From Eledone cirrhosa (lineage: Eukaryota), in contig OZ024743.1 in the NCBI GenBank assembly GCA_964016885.1, forward strand, positions 100,688,001 through 100,752,000: a DNA stretch of 64,000 nucleotides, written 5' to 3'. Shown piece after piece: positions 36,956 to 49,399 of this stretch; the first letter of the stretch is position 1; every line of letters starts with the position of its first letter. The translations under genes were made by a program, and so were the position numbers. The notes beneath the pieces are model-generated. The model did no database searches, was not told the DNA's origin, and worked only from the letters and a program-made list of their open reading frames with translations.

Positions 36956-37283
36956 TAAATAATAAAACTGGTGAAAGTCAAACAGAAATCCTAACGTAAT
37001 TTCTAAGGCAAAAGACAAATGTCTATTGATTGTGTTTGATATTTTAACCTTTTAGCCAGATCTCATCTTGTTACTTTGGCAGCTTCAGACGTTTACACAG
37101 TTTCATCGCTTCACACATCAACATATAGAAACTAATAAATGTAAAATGATCAGTCACGAGGGAAGGCAGAATTAAATGATTCATTGCTGCTTAAACATAA
37201 TGCAGCACATGTTAAAAATCTACGCAAAGATAGACTTTAAAAAATATGAAAATAACCATGTAAAAGTTGTTTGATCTACTCAC

Positions 37284-37523
37284 ATGTTTTAATGCCTGAG
37301 TCATCATAGACAATACCGCTATCTCTTCCAGAGGCTTTAGAATATTCCACATCTTCATGCATAGCATTGTCTCTAGCGCCAAGCCTTTTGTTACGTTGGC
37401 GTTGGCAGTGTTTATAAATTGCAAAGCCACACAGGCCGCATACAACTGCACCAAGCAGGGCACAATAAATTGGAATTACATCAATGCGTGCTTCTTCATA
37501 ACGACTTGCATAACCTTTGCCAG
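37284..37523 (-). CDS. Internal exon of a p75NTR/TNFRSF16-like receptor (transmembrane helix and juxtamembrane region)
   Basis: Acceptor TATTTTGCAG|CT, donor T|GTGAGT; 240 bp, phase 1-1. DVIPIYCALLGAVVCGLCGFAIYKHCQR aligns by eye to the p75NTR TM NLIPVYCSILAAVVVGLVAYIAFKRW; downstream RDSGI parallels p75 SDSGI. Confidence 0.88.
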
Positions 37524-38629
37524 CTGCAAAATAAGAAGCCATAACGTGAAATATATTTTCCAAACAACTATTATATTCATACTTCTGCATTCAGTCAATA
37601 ATAAAAAATAATAATAATAAAGAAAACTGGTTCATATTCAAGCAATTGTACATTAGGCAACATACAACAAATAGAAGGGCCACCCAGAAGCAGATGTCAG
37701 CCCTTTATGTATTTAAACACTTTATCACAGACAGATCTTTAGAGTGCACACTTAATAGCAAAAAAGGATTTGAAGGCTGCTATCAACATTATTCTGTATT
37801 TCTATATCAAATACATAAGACTGTCATTGATTCAGTTTACGTTGACATTAGTGGTTCCCAACAAAATTACGTAAAGGTCACAATGACAAAATCATTTATT
37901 TCTGGTATATCTGATAAAGTGTAAAATGTTCATATGTTATGCAATAGGCTACAGTTGCCCCCAGAATGGTGGTTTGCTAGAATATATGTAACCAGCAAAG
38001 CAGAAAACACACCATTGTATAGAATACCTAGGTACAATACAGAATGGTTGTCTGCTAGAATATACAGGGTAAACATAAAGCATTCCCTTGATTATAAAAT
38101 ACCATATCTCAGATACATTGTTTTAATTCATAAATTTCAGGATTAAAGTTTTTCTGAACAGTTTTTATATTTTCCCTTCTACAGGAAGTAGTTGTAACTC
38201 TCAGTAACAAAATGGCATCTGTGAAACAGGGAAAGACTTAATGCTCAGCCTGTATATTTAACCAGTAAAGTAGGAAACATTGTATAGAATATCTAGCTAT
38301 ACAGAAAGCCTAAACCTTCAAGGCAAGCTATAAAATAATATCCTCTGCATACATTTGATAGACATTCTGTAGATAACTAGGTAAAGTACTCTTTTACTCT
38401 TTTACCTGTTCCAGCCATCTGGCTGAGGCCATGCTGTGGCATCGCCATTGGTACAGTATATAAGTTCAGAATAAAGTACATGTCTTTTATACCTTGCTTT
38501 CAACATTTAGACCTTCTGTGGAATACTAGATGATGCAAGGTCTGCAACATATATAATATGAATGCGTTTGTATGTGTGTATGTTTGTATTTTTTTGTGGC
38601 GCGAGAGACTCCTAGTCTTCATTAAGACA

Positions 38630-38800
38630 ACTCCCAAGGAGAAGGTCACTCTGATATAAAACCTGTGACATCGTTTACATTCAATGATGTAGACCAGTTC
38701 TTTTATTTGGGTAAATGCATTCAATGTTCAGAGAGTAGGGCTGGCCCCGTGCAAAGCCTTTCCTCACTTAACATAGCTTCAAGCACAGATATCACTTGAT
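38630..38800 (-). mobile_element. Penelope-like GIY-YIG endonuclease fragment
   Basis: ELVYIIECKRCHRFYIRVT fits VY-x-I-x-C-x2-C-x3-YIG-x-T (G to R change). Confidence 0.62.
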
Positions 38801-39364
38801 ATGTGATATTTTTTGTGATTCATGGCATTGCTGGCCATAGGCAAGCCCCTAGCAGGACTAGGAAGCCATGCCCATGATGCTCATGCTTAAGTATCAAGCA
38901 ATGGCATTATTCGAAATCGAGTTTCAGCCATCAAGTTTGTATGTATACGTGTGTGTTTGTCTGTATGCGTGTGTCTATATGCATGTGTGTATGTGTGTGT
39001 TTCGTAATGTACAATACCAATGTATACAAATGTATGAAAAAGAAAAACTACATTTTTCCCATGGAACTGATAGGAACTCTCACTGACATTTGATTTTGCA
39101 GTTTATTTAATTCAATAATATTTATTCTCAACAGAACAGACATACAGACAGAATTGGAGACATTGTGTTTAATATATATAGATGTATTAATTCCATTTTT
39201 TTACAAACTCCAAAAATATCTCAATTTGTAATTTTTGAAGTGCATACCTTTCACTTTAATTGTATTTTTTAACATCTTGGCTTAGTATTTTTTTTGTTTA
39301 TACACACACATACACATGGATATTTATATATATTTGTGTGTGTGTATAGATATATGTCAGGTCA

Positions 39365-39506
<142 letters not shown>

Positions 39507-40230
39507 GTATATATACATAAATACACACAAATGTATATATATATATGTATATGTATATATACATAAATACACACAAACGTATATATATATATATATATAT
39601 GTATATGTATATATACATAAATACACACAAACGTATATATATATATATATATATGTATATGTATATATACATAAATACACACAAACGTATATATATATAT
39701 GTACATGTACATGTATGTATACTGACACGCAGAAATATATATGTATCCGTGTGAAAGTAAATACATTTTCAATAAATACATAAGCAGGATTCAACAAATG
39801 TATTTAATCAAAATATGCTACATTATGTTCAATTGTCTTTTGTCAGCATGATGTTAAATTATATATTCCTATTAAATGAGATGTTTTGGTAGACAACTAT
39901 ACAATATGCTAGGGAAGATCTATGTAGTTGTTTAACTTAGGGGATATACCAACCAAATCTCCTATAAACCACACTATACCTAGATTTTCATAAGGGCTAA
40001 GTGAGCGGAAGCCCAGGGCCTTGTAGTCCAAGAACCCTTGTCTTGTTTAAAATAATTATTAAACTATTTCTATTGGAGTATTGAGTAGTTGAAATTCTTA
40101 GAAAATGTAGAAATCTCAAACGCAGAAAATAACTACAACCACAGTTGATTGCTATAAATAATAGCATAATTTGAGAGGTAAGGAGTTCGATTTGTTGAAG
40201 CGACTGCTGATCACTTGTTTTCTGTCTTAA

Positions 40231-40433
40231 CCATTTAGTATTTACATTACTCTAAATATACTATTGTATATATATAACAGCTTTACCTCACATAATATCA
40301 AATCTATGAGATTTTGGTATTGCTTATTTTGAGACAATACCTTAACGTCAGTATGAGCAGCCAGTTACAGCCGGTTTGAACAGAAAGAGGTGGGAGAATT
40401 CTGGTTGATATGGCCGGTTTAAATGCTAAAGGG
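40231..40433. mobile_element. Second piggyBac-type MITE copy (opposite orientation), nested in an older inverted-repeat element (~40095-40535)
   Basis: TTAA|CCATTTAGTATTT ... GCCGGTTTAAATGCTAAAGGG|TTCA; flanks 40097-40160 and 40460-40528 are imperfect inverted repeats. Confidence 0.7.
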
Positions 40434-40569
40434 TTCAGGGGGTATTTTATCTGATTTTCTAAGCTACTATAGCAATCATTTGTGGTTACAGTTATCTAAA
40501 CATTTGAGACTTTTACATTTTCTAAGAGAATGGAATAAAATCTTAAAATACGAGGAACTATCAAATAAC

Positions 40570-40800
40570 CTGTAGCGTTTGAGAAGGTTGGTGGAACTGG
40601 GTCGCTGACAGCAAAGTTCTTGTCATTGCTAGCAGCTCACCTTACTGAGGTGTCAGGTGATGCCCGTGAGGATGCCTAGTTGTTTCAGCACCTCAGCCTC
40701 ACCTGCAGTAATGCTGTGAGCATGTTGGCTTGCCTCAAAGATTTCTGTTGACCCTTGTGGTGTGTGACCAATCGATACACTTGGTGGTGATTTGATTGAT
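40570..40800 (+). mobile_element. CRE-like non-LTR retrotransposon 3' fragment
   Basis: VAFEKVGGTGSLTAKFLSLLAAHLTEVSGDAREDA*LFQHLSL..SNAVSML resembles the ET.G...LFQRLSLA..RGNA C-terminus also seen at 52.7-53.4 kb. Confidence 0.6.
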
Positions 40801-41109
40801 TTTCTTTTGTCTTTTTTCTCTCGCTTTGATCATATATTTTTGTGCATTATATTTGCAATTGTGCATATATCATAATGCAGCCATGAAACACAAGGTTTTA
40901 GTCAAATCTTAAAATATAGTTGCTATTAAATGCCTTTCTTTGTCTATGGGTGTTATCTTTGTTTTAAAGATTGGCATGAATTGATAGATTCTTAGCATTG
41001 TTCTTTACGTTCTTTTAATTTTCATTAAGTTTCTTTAAGCAGATGCTGGGGCCCTAGAATATTCTTTACCCCAGGACCCATAATTATTTAACCCAAGCGA
41101 CCAAAATGA

Positions 41110-41432
41110 GAAGGGTTTCTTAAGTAACTTTACATGATAAGATGTGTAGCTCGGAGATCTCTCTGAATTGAGAGATCACATCTCTGATACTATGGGCATA
41201 TGGTTAGAATATCTCAGGAAAGAATCGCTGGACAGATTTTACAGGCAAAACCAACCAGCAGGAAACCAAGGGTTAGACCCTGAGTAAGATCGTTGGATAA
41301 CATCAATGAGCTCGGCTGGTTTTGCTTGGGGATCCAGCTCCTTCTGACAGGACAAGAAGAAAAAGGAGGAGAGTGATGATGAGAAGAAGAAGAAGAAGAA
41401 GAAGAAGAAGAAGAAGAAGAAGAAGAAGAAGA
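41110..41432 (+). mobile_element. Degenerate RTE (second family) 3' end with (GAA)n
   Basis: IERSHL*YYGHMVRISQERIAGQILQAKPTSRKPRVRP; (GAA)n at ~41383-41432. Confidence 0.72.
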
Positions 41433-41459
41433 AAAAGACATTGGATAAATATAATCCTC

Positions 41460-41763
41460 TATGCTGTTGGACCTCCGTCGTTTCTGACGATGGGTGTTCC
41501 AGTTGATTCAATTAACGTGTAATTGGCTCAGCATTCCACAGACACATACACCGTTAACTTAATTCTCAGGGACATCCAGTGTGTGATAAGACTGGCTCCT
41601 TTAATTATAGGTACAACTCATTCTTGTCAGCTAAGTGGACTAGAGCAACATAAAATAAAGTTCCTTATTCAAGAACACAAGGTGCCGCCAGGACCAAGAA
41701 TCAAACTTACGACCTTACAATCATGATCCAAACATTCTAAATATTAAGCCATGTGCCTTCACA
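41460..41763 (-). mobile_element. Near full-length family-B SINE
   Basis: tRNA-like head at the high-coordinate end (..TTAAGCCATGTGCCT), AAAGTTCCTTATTCAAGAACAC block, and 3' part shared with other copies. Confidence 0.78.
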
Positions 41764-42404
41764 TAGTCCTATATACACTAGATGTAAATAAAAGACGGAT
41801 TGTTGTGGCTGAAACATCTTTGATCATAGGTTTGGTCAGGGTTGACCTGGGAATAAAGCGCATCATTCTAAGCTTTTGATAAATCCATTAAAATTTTTTT
41901 CTTAAGTTCTGAGCAATTTCTATAGAAAAATTTGAATTCCCAGTCTGGGAGCCAAATTGGTGATTGCTTTCAATGGAACAGAATTTCATTGATTAGAATA
42001 TGTATCATATCTTCTGGGAATGTTGCCTGCAACATCAGACAGATTATACCCTATGTAGGAAGGGAGGTAACCTTTTACCTCTTATATGGAAAATATGAAA
42101 TCTGAAGCTAAGTCTTATAAGGCTTGGCAAACGTGGGGAGGGACTCCACTAGGAAATATTTACTGTAATTTGGCAACAAAATATTCTGCTACTAAATGTT
42201 CTCTTCCATTATTTATGCTTCCTTTTACTAATGAAATACATATTTAGAGATCGGTTTGATCTTTTTTTGACCTTCAAATATTCTGATGATCAAATGATGG
42301 ACTCAAGTAGCAATTAATTGAATGAAACCATTAAACATAACACTTATACATAACAAATACAACCCCACCCTCTCTCATCGTGACACAATACATCACATTT
42401 ACAA

Positions 42405-42765
42405 CACCACCACCACAACCGCCACCACCACAACCGCCACCGCCACCACCACCGTCACTGCAGCCACCACCACACTACTGTTGACCTTCAACAATAATAA
42501 TGTAACCTGTCATTCTCCACACCACGACTCCATCCCCTCTCCACACCACAACGACTCCACCCCCTCTCCACACCACAACGACTCCACCCCCTCTCCACAC
42601 CACAATGACGCCCCCCTATCCACACCACAACGACTCCACCCCCCTCTCCAGTACCACAACGACTCCACCTCCCTCTCCAGCACCACAACGATTCCACCCC
42701 CCTCGCCACACCACAACAACTCCACACGTCTCTCCACACCACAACGACTCCACCCCACCCATCCA
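42405..42765. repeat. (ACC)n microsatellite followed by a ~24-bp minisatellite CCACACCACAACGACTCCACCCCCTCT
   Basis: Directly visible. Confidence 0.88.
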
Positions 42766-43160
42766 GTACCCATGACATAACATATCACTTTATAAGACAA
42801 CCTATCATGTTCTCTACTTTAACCCACCTGAAACTGCCACTTTCCATCATAATTTCACGCAAGAACCTTTGTTAAACTATGTTCCAAACATCTTAATAAG
42901 GAACAAGTTACATCACTAAATCCCTGAAAATTAATGATTATTTTCAAAATTATTTGAAAATCATAGGCAGGAATTAGGAATATAAAGAAAAGTTAAATTC
43001 TTCGGTTTATCGATTCACAACTTTTGCCTATCTGCAACTGGTACCAAAGTATGCGATAAACGCAAGGATCACCTCATAATTTACTACAACACACCTTGCG
43101 AGATGCGAGAAATAACAGTCAAATATTCCTCAAATATAAGAACAGGATACATTAAATAAT

Positions 43161-43343
43161 TGTTTCTACTTTTGGCACAAGGCCAGCAATTACCCAGTGT
43201 ATTACTGGTACTTTATTTTATCGACCCCGTAAGGATGAAAGGCAAAGTGAACCTCAGCGGGATTTGAACTCAGACCGTAGAGGGACGTAACTATGCTGGA
43301 AAGCATGGCGTCCGACTCTCTACCGATACTGCCAATCCACCAC
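43161..43343 (-). mobile_element. Full-length family-A SINE with AAATAAT TSD
   Basis: Collinear with 16511-16696; AAATAAT at 43154-43160 and 43344-43350. Confidence 0.92.
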
Positions 43344-43514
43344 AAATAATGAAATCCTATATACGCATATACATACATGGGATGGCCATGGCAGGAATGC
43401 TACTTATTATATATAGGTTTACTTGATCAGGACTGAATCGAAGACAAACAACAACAAAAACACACCAACCTCTACCACAACCAAATCACACACCCCATGA
43501 ACCAGCGAGGGAGC

Positions 43515-43832
43515 ATCATATCAAAGCCTTCTCTTTTTCTTTGCTCACTTATTCCTGAGAGGGTCGTGAGGGCAGAGTCCTCAAACACTCCTTCCCGTAA
43601 AATCTCTCCAGCGATTCTTTCCTGAGACATTAGTATCGGAGCTGTGATCTCTCAATTCAGAAAAGTAGCGGCTCTACCTGGAGTGACTCTCTGGTCTCAG
43701 AGCTACGCACTCTATCGAGTAACATTACTCCAAAGACCCTTCGAAGGAATCCCATTTCGGCCGCTTGTATTCTTTCGGCCATTATCCAAGATTCATGACC
43801 AGAGGTAAGGGTTGGTACGAATACCGAATAAA
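43515..43832 (-). mobile_element. RTE (second family) 3' fragment, internally deleted
   Basis: YSVFVPTLTSGHESWIMAERIQAAEMGFLRRVFGVMLLDRVRSSE, homologous to 63850-64000. Confidence 0.82.
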
Positions 43833-45907
43833 ATAACTACGATTCACCATAACAGGAATAAACAGGAAAAACATAGTATTGTTTCTATTGTTTGTTGCTC
43901 AATGGGCATGTCGTCTGCTCTTCCCATTTATTCAGTTTGTTGTATGGTCAATGTATCTAACCCCACCCCTATTTTTCTCTCTCTTATTGTTTTCTCTGTC
44001 TTTAAATCCGATTTGATATTACGGGAGTAAGAGAGAGAAAGTGAGAAAGAGGTATTGAGGAAGAATCTACTCCAATACTGGACTGGTACTTTTTTATCGA
44101 CCTCATAAGGCAAAGTTCATCCCGGTGGGATTTGAACTCAGAGAGCGCAAAAAGCCGGAACGAATACCGTAAAGCATTCCATCTGAATTTTAAGAGAAAC
44201 ATTGTGAAACTGTGAATTTGTAGGTTAGCAATGCCTAAGTTAACCCTCAACCTCTTCATGAAAAGTTGAGGCATTGGATTTACAGCATACTTAGTAGACA
44301 TAAAACTGTCACATCACCGAAGATTATGTCTTTGGATTTTCTTGGGCCATATTACTGGAAATAATATTTATTCATTTAACCGATAGACGTTTCTGTTAAC
44401 CTGAACAAGTACGTTAAAAACATTCTGTCTGATGAAGTGAAATTATAGAAGAAAACCATTTTGAAAGAACAAACGTGTTTATTGTTTGAGTCCGGTGACA
44501 GCGAGGGAGGAGTGACATTCTCTTCATACCTGGATGAATACATGTGAAGAGCTAAATTCAACAACCATAATTAGTTACCTGCAAATCTCATTTCCTACAA
44601 TAATGAATTCTATATCTTCATTTGAAGATATTCAGTAAATACAATTTGCATGAGATTTAACCGTGTCTGTTTTTCTCTTTTAACTACAATTTCCACAATT
44701 AATAAGTATATTATATTACAAACAATGTCTGTCTTTCACTTTTAAGAACAATTTCAGCTTGTAGCAGCATATATATATATAGAAAATAACATTCCATCGT
44801 TTGTGTTAAGGTTTGATTTTTTAAAATTATCTGTCTTGATAGTTTTTATTTTATTAACATGCAAACAGAACACTGCATCCTTCCTTTTTTTTTTATTTAT
44901 TTCAATCCTTAATTAAACATTTCCTCTTGGAGAAAGATACAAAACCTTGTGACATTTATTAGCGACTCTCAAGGGAGGGGGGGGGGGGGGGAATAATTAA
45001 AAAAAAATTCAAGGTTAATTTACATGACTAGGGGAAAATCTGATCTTTGTAGGAAAGGAACAACTATAGGTATGTTTTGGTCTATTAGACCTCATTAACA
45101 TAAACACAATCTACTTAAACCTGCCTCCTTTTTTAAGACTTGAAAGTGTGATTCATTGCTATTACAGACCTCTAAAAACCCAAACGGGGAGCACCATGAA
45201 TAAAGTGCCCCAAAACAGGGAGAAATGAAGCAAAATAAGGAGATTTTACATAATGAAAGCTCTACCTATTTTCACAAGAGAAGGCATCTCTCACCCACCC
45301 CGAAATGGATGGGTGACCTCCCCGTCGGACGAGGAGAGTTGACAGGTCTGATATTTTTAACAGTTTCATCTAATACCATGTAGAGCAGGAATCACATACA
45401 TGGTGTTTGAAGAACTAACGCCAATACAGGACAAGTAATTTCCTTATCAACCTTGAAAGAATGAAAATCAAAGTTGACCTCAGAGGAATTTAAACCCAGA
45501 GCACGGTGAGCTGGAGCGAACATCGCGAACAATTTCCGTGTAATGTTCTAATGACAATACCAATTGGCCGCTTGGACCTTACATTAACAATAGTGCCAAC
45601 AAAAGGACATGAACTGCACACCATTCCACCAAACTACTACTAAAGCCACCCCCCTCCTCTGTTATGACCGACTATGGTTTTGAACATGGAAAGTTCTTCT
45701 CTATGGTGGAAGCCTAGACAGAGTGTTTGTTATGTAAAAGACCCACAGTCGCCTAGGCCCGCACATCTCTCCTCTCCACGCCACCGATGTTTTTCAAAGA
45801 CGTGGTTTGCTCTCCTCAAGGAAACAATACAACGCATGGCCCGGGAATTGAACTCACAGCCTTACGATTGTGAGCCCTATACCTTAACCATTAAGCCACG
45901 CATTTTC

Positions 45908-46333
45908 ACCACCACCACTATTACTACTACTACAACCACTACTACCACCACCACCACTACCATCACTACTACCACCACCACCACCACCACCACCACCGCC
46001 ATTACCACCACCACCACCACCACCACCACTACTGTCACCACCACCACTACTACCACCGCCACCACCACCACCACCACTACTGCCACCACCACCACCACAA
46101 CCACCACCACCACCACCACTACTACCACCACCACTACCACCACCACCACCGCCACCGTCACCACTACCACCGCCACCACCAACACTACTACCACCACCAC
46201 CGCCACCACCACCACTACTACCACCACCACTACTGCCACTACTACCACCACCACCACCGCTACCACCACCACTACTACCACCACCACCACCGCCACCGCC
46301 ACCGTCACCACTACCACCGCCACCACCACCACT
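45908..46333. repeat. (ACC/ACT/GCC)n compound microsatellite
   Basis: Directly visible; preceded by a SINE remnant at ~45690-45905. Confidence 0.95.
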
Positions 46334-46736
46334 CAGCAATCTGTAGGTCCATCAAGTCAGCTAATCTTGTCCGTCAATCATATAAATCAAAGCTGTCAAT
46401 CAGTTCAAAGAAGAAAATCCTTTATTAAAAGGCAAAGGAACAGCATTAAGTGGTTAACTCTCAACTCAAAGAATCATTACCATTATTAATTCGTCTTCAT
46501 TAGGACATACACACATACACTATCTCTCTCTCTCTCTCTCCCACACACACACTATATCTCTCTTACACATACACTATCTCTCTCTCTCTCTTACACACAC
46601 ACACACATACACACACACACATATATATATATATATATGTATGAAAAACAAGGGGAAGAAGAATACTGCATGGTTGCACATGGATTACATATTATAAAAT
46701 TAGTCCCTCATCAGTGATTTTGCAAACCATCATTGG

Positions 46737-46787
<51 letters not shown>

Positions 46788-46841
46788 TATGTATGCATGT
46801 ATAGACGCCAGCATGTATGTATATGTGAATGCATGCATCTG

Positions 46842-46874
<33 letters not shown>

Positions 46875-47154
46875 TTACACACACATACATACAGGTTTGT
46901 GAATGATATAGACTGCATAACTAATGTGTTGATTATAATAATTTACAAACTATAGGCTGTCACAGCAAAAGAGGAAATCTGCTGCCATTGTCAATAGCCT
47001 CTCCTATTCTACTGTTTCCTATTCTACTGATTTGTTAGTTTCTGACTCGGCTCTGATAGCTTTCATCAACTGCTGTGATCAAAGAATTACATGCAATAAC
47101 CGCTTAACTTAGAGAAAAAGACTGCCTTTTGTTATAACACCGCTTTAATATCGA

Positions 47155-47590
47155 TGTTGAGTGTTGGTGTTGGTGTTGGTGGTGTTGGTGGTGATGGTGA
47201 TGGTGGTGATGGTGTTGGTGTTGGTGGTGATGGTCTTAGTGCTGGTGGTGTTGGTGTTAGTGCTGGTGGTGTTGGTGTTGGTGTTAGTGCTGGTGGTGTT
47301 GGTGGTGATGGTGTTAGTGCTGGTGGTGATGGTGTTAGTGCTGGTGGTGTTGGTGGTGATGGTGTTGGGGTTGGTGGTGATGGTGTTAGTGCTGGTGGTG
47401 TTGGTGTTGGTGTTAGTGCTGGTGGTGTTGGTGGTGATGGTGTTAGTGCTGGTGGTGTTGGTGGTGATGGTGTTAGTGCTGGTGGTGATGGTGTTAGTGC
47501 TGGTGGTGTTGGTGTTGGTGGTGTTGGTGTTGGTGTTGGTGATGGTGTTAGTGTCGGTGCTGGTGGTAGTGGTGTTAGTGTTGGTGATGT
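47155..47590. repeat. (GGT/GTT)n-derived compound repeat with GGTGTTAGTGCT units
   Basis: Directly visible. Confidence 0.93.
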
Positions 47591-48660
47591 TATTGCTTTT
47601 TATCCTTCAAATCAGTCGATAATATAAACATCAGTAATGCACTAGAGTCGATTATATTGACGTCAACCCCTCCTCTCCTCTGCTTGCTCGATTGCTCAAT
47701 CAAAAGAAATCATGATCATGATCATGATCATCATCATCATCATCAACATAAAATGTATGATCATTATCATCATCATCATCATCATCAACATAAAATGTAT
47801 GACCATCATCATCATCATCATCATCGTTAATATCAAAGGGGGCAGTGACGATGGTATGTTTGTTAGGTTTTCCTTGGCACAACCAAACTTGAGTCGGTTT
47901 CGACCCCCCCCCCTTCCAGTTGATCCACTTCGACTTATGTCATTCGATAATCCATGATTTCAAGGAATGCCATCATCAATGTCATAATCACTCTAATCTC
48001 AACCCCTTAATCAATCCGACATTGATTAAGGGATTGCTGCAGTATTTGTCGTTGTCGTCGTCAGCCTCACTTTTAGTTATTAATATTAAGTCTTTATAAG
48101 GCTCTCAATATCGTTATTTCTCTAACAAGTTCTGTGAAGATAATTAAGCAAATGATAAGAAGAGTAATTAACAAAATATTGATTGCTTTAATGTTAACCA
48201 TGTGAAATTTGCGGCGTAACATCAGTGTAATGTAAGAAGCACAAAGGGTTGAGTTATTAAGCTTGCCAAACCAGCAATGGGAAAGGTCGATATTTCTTGG
48301 CACAGTCGTTCGTCAAAAGACTACACCCAACCTATAAAACAGTAACACACAAGACAGATCTCTACATCATTTATTGACTGCAACTAGCACTTAAGTAGGG
48401 CGGGATGGCGGTCGCTTCACACATCCAGTTTCATCATAAGTCATTGCACGGTCGTTCATTATAACACTTTACACTCACTGACTCAGCTGAACTATAAAAT
48501 GGCAACACACAAAGGCAGATCTGTCCATCCTCTATCGCCTACAACCAGCCCTGGATTAACCATTAAATAAGGGAGGTGCGAGGGGTCTCAACTAAAGAAG
48601 GACATTATACAGTGTTTTTCTTTCTTTCCATATAATGTATATGGGAGCTTTTTCTATCTA

Positions 48661-49156
48661 CGGGGTGGTCCGAAAGTCTTTGTCACCTCTACATAGTGTT
48701 TTAACTTTCATTATATTTTGTTTTAATAATATAATATATAATATTAATTATAATATATAATAATAATTATTTCTACTTTTGGCTCAAGGCCGACAATTAT
48801 CCCAGTGCATTACTGGTACTTTATTTTATCGACCCCGTAAGGATGAAAGGCAAAGTTAACCTCGGCGGGATTTGAACTCAGACCATAAAGGGCCGTAACT
48901 CTTTGCTGCAAAGCATGGCGTCCGACCCTCTACCGATACTGCCAATCCACCAATATAATTTTCTATTTCAGATGGCTGAAAAGAGCTCCTACAGTTTGGA
49001 AGAGAGGCTGCCTGCAAGTGTATGAACACATGATCGTGTGCATTCTGGCAAGAGCATGGAGGATGTGCGACATGACTTCACTGCAAGATTCGGCAAATCA
49101 GCTCCTCCGAAGAGGACGATACTGCGATGGGAACAAACTGTTTCTCATTACTTTTT

Positions 49157-49190
<34 letters not shown>

Positions 49191-49222
49191 AGGAGGGGTG
49201 ACAAGACTTTCGGACCACCCTG
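48661..49222 (+). mobile_element. Non-autonomous Tc1/mariner-superfamily element with a transposase N-terminal remnant and a nested SINE
   Basis: TA|CGGGGTGGTCCGAAAGTCTTTGTCACC ... GGTGACAAGACTTTCGGACCACCCTG|TA; remnant MAEKSSYSLEER..SMEDVRHDFTARFGKSAPPKRTILRWEQ (HTH-like). Confidence 0.88.
48768..48952 (-). mobile_element. Full-length family-A SINE nested in the mariner element
   Basis: Collinear with 16511-16696 and 43161-43343. Confidence 0.92.
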
Positions 49223-49399
49223 TACATTATATGGGAGTTTTGTTTCTATATACAGTATATAAGGGTGCCATAATTTTCCAGTGTTTAGGGCCTATAAAGG
49301 GGTTATCCGGCTCTGACTATAATTTGTATTTGCATGGGACACGATGACTGTTGTACCACATCCATAAGTATCCTAATTTCATCAACAATTGTGGCAATA

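Noticed and set aside
45674-46489. Thr-rich 271-aa ORF, and Gly/Val-rich ORFs at 47.1 and 53.1-54.0 kb
   Set aside because: Trinucleotide microsatellites fused to SINE or LINE remnants.
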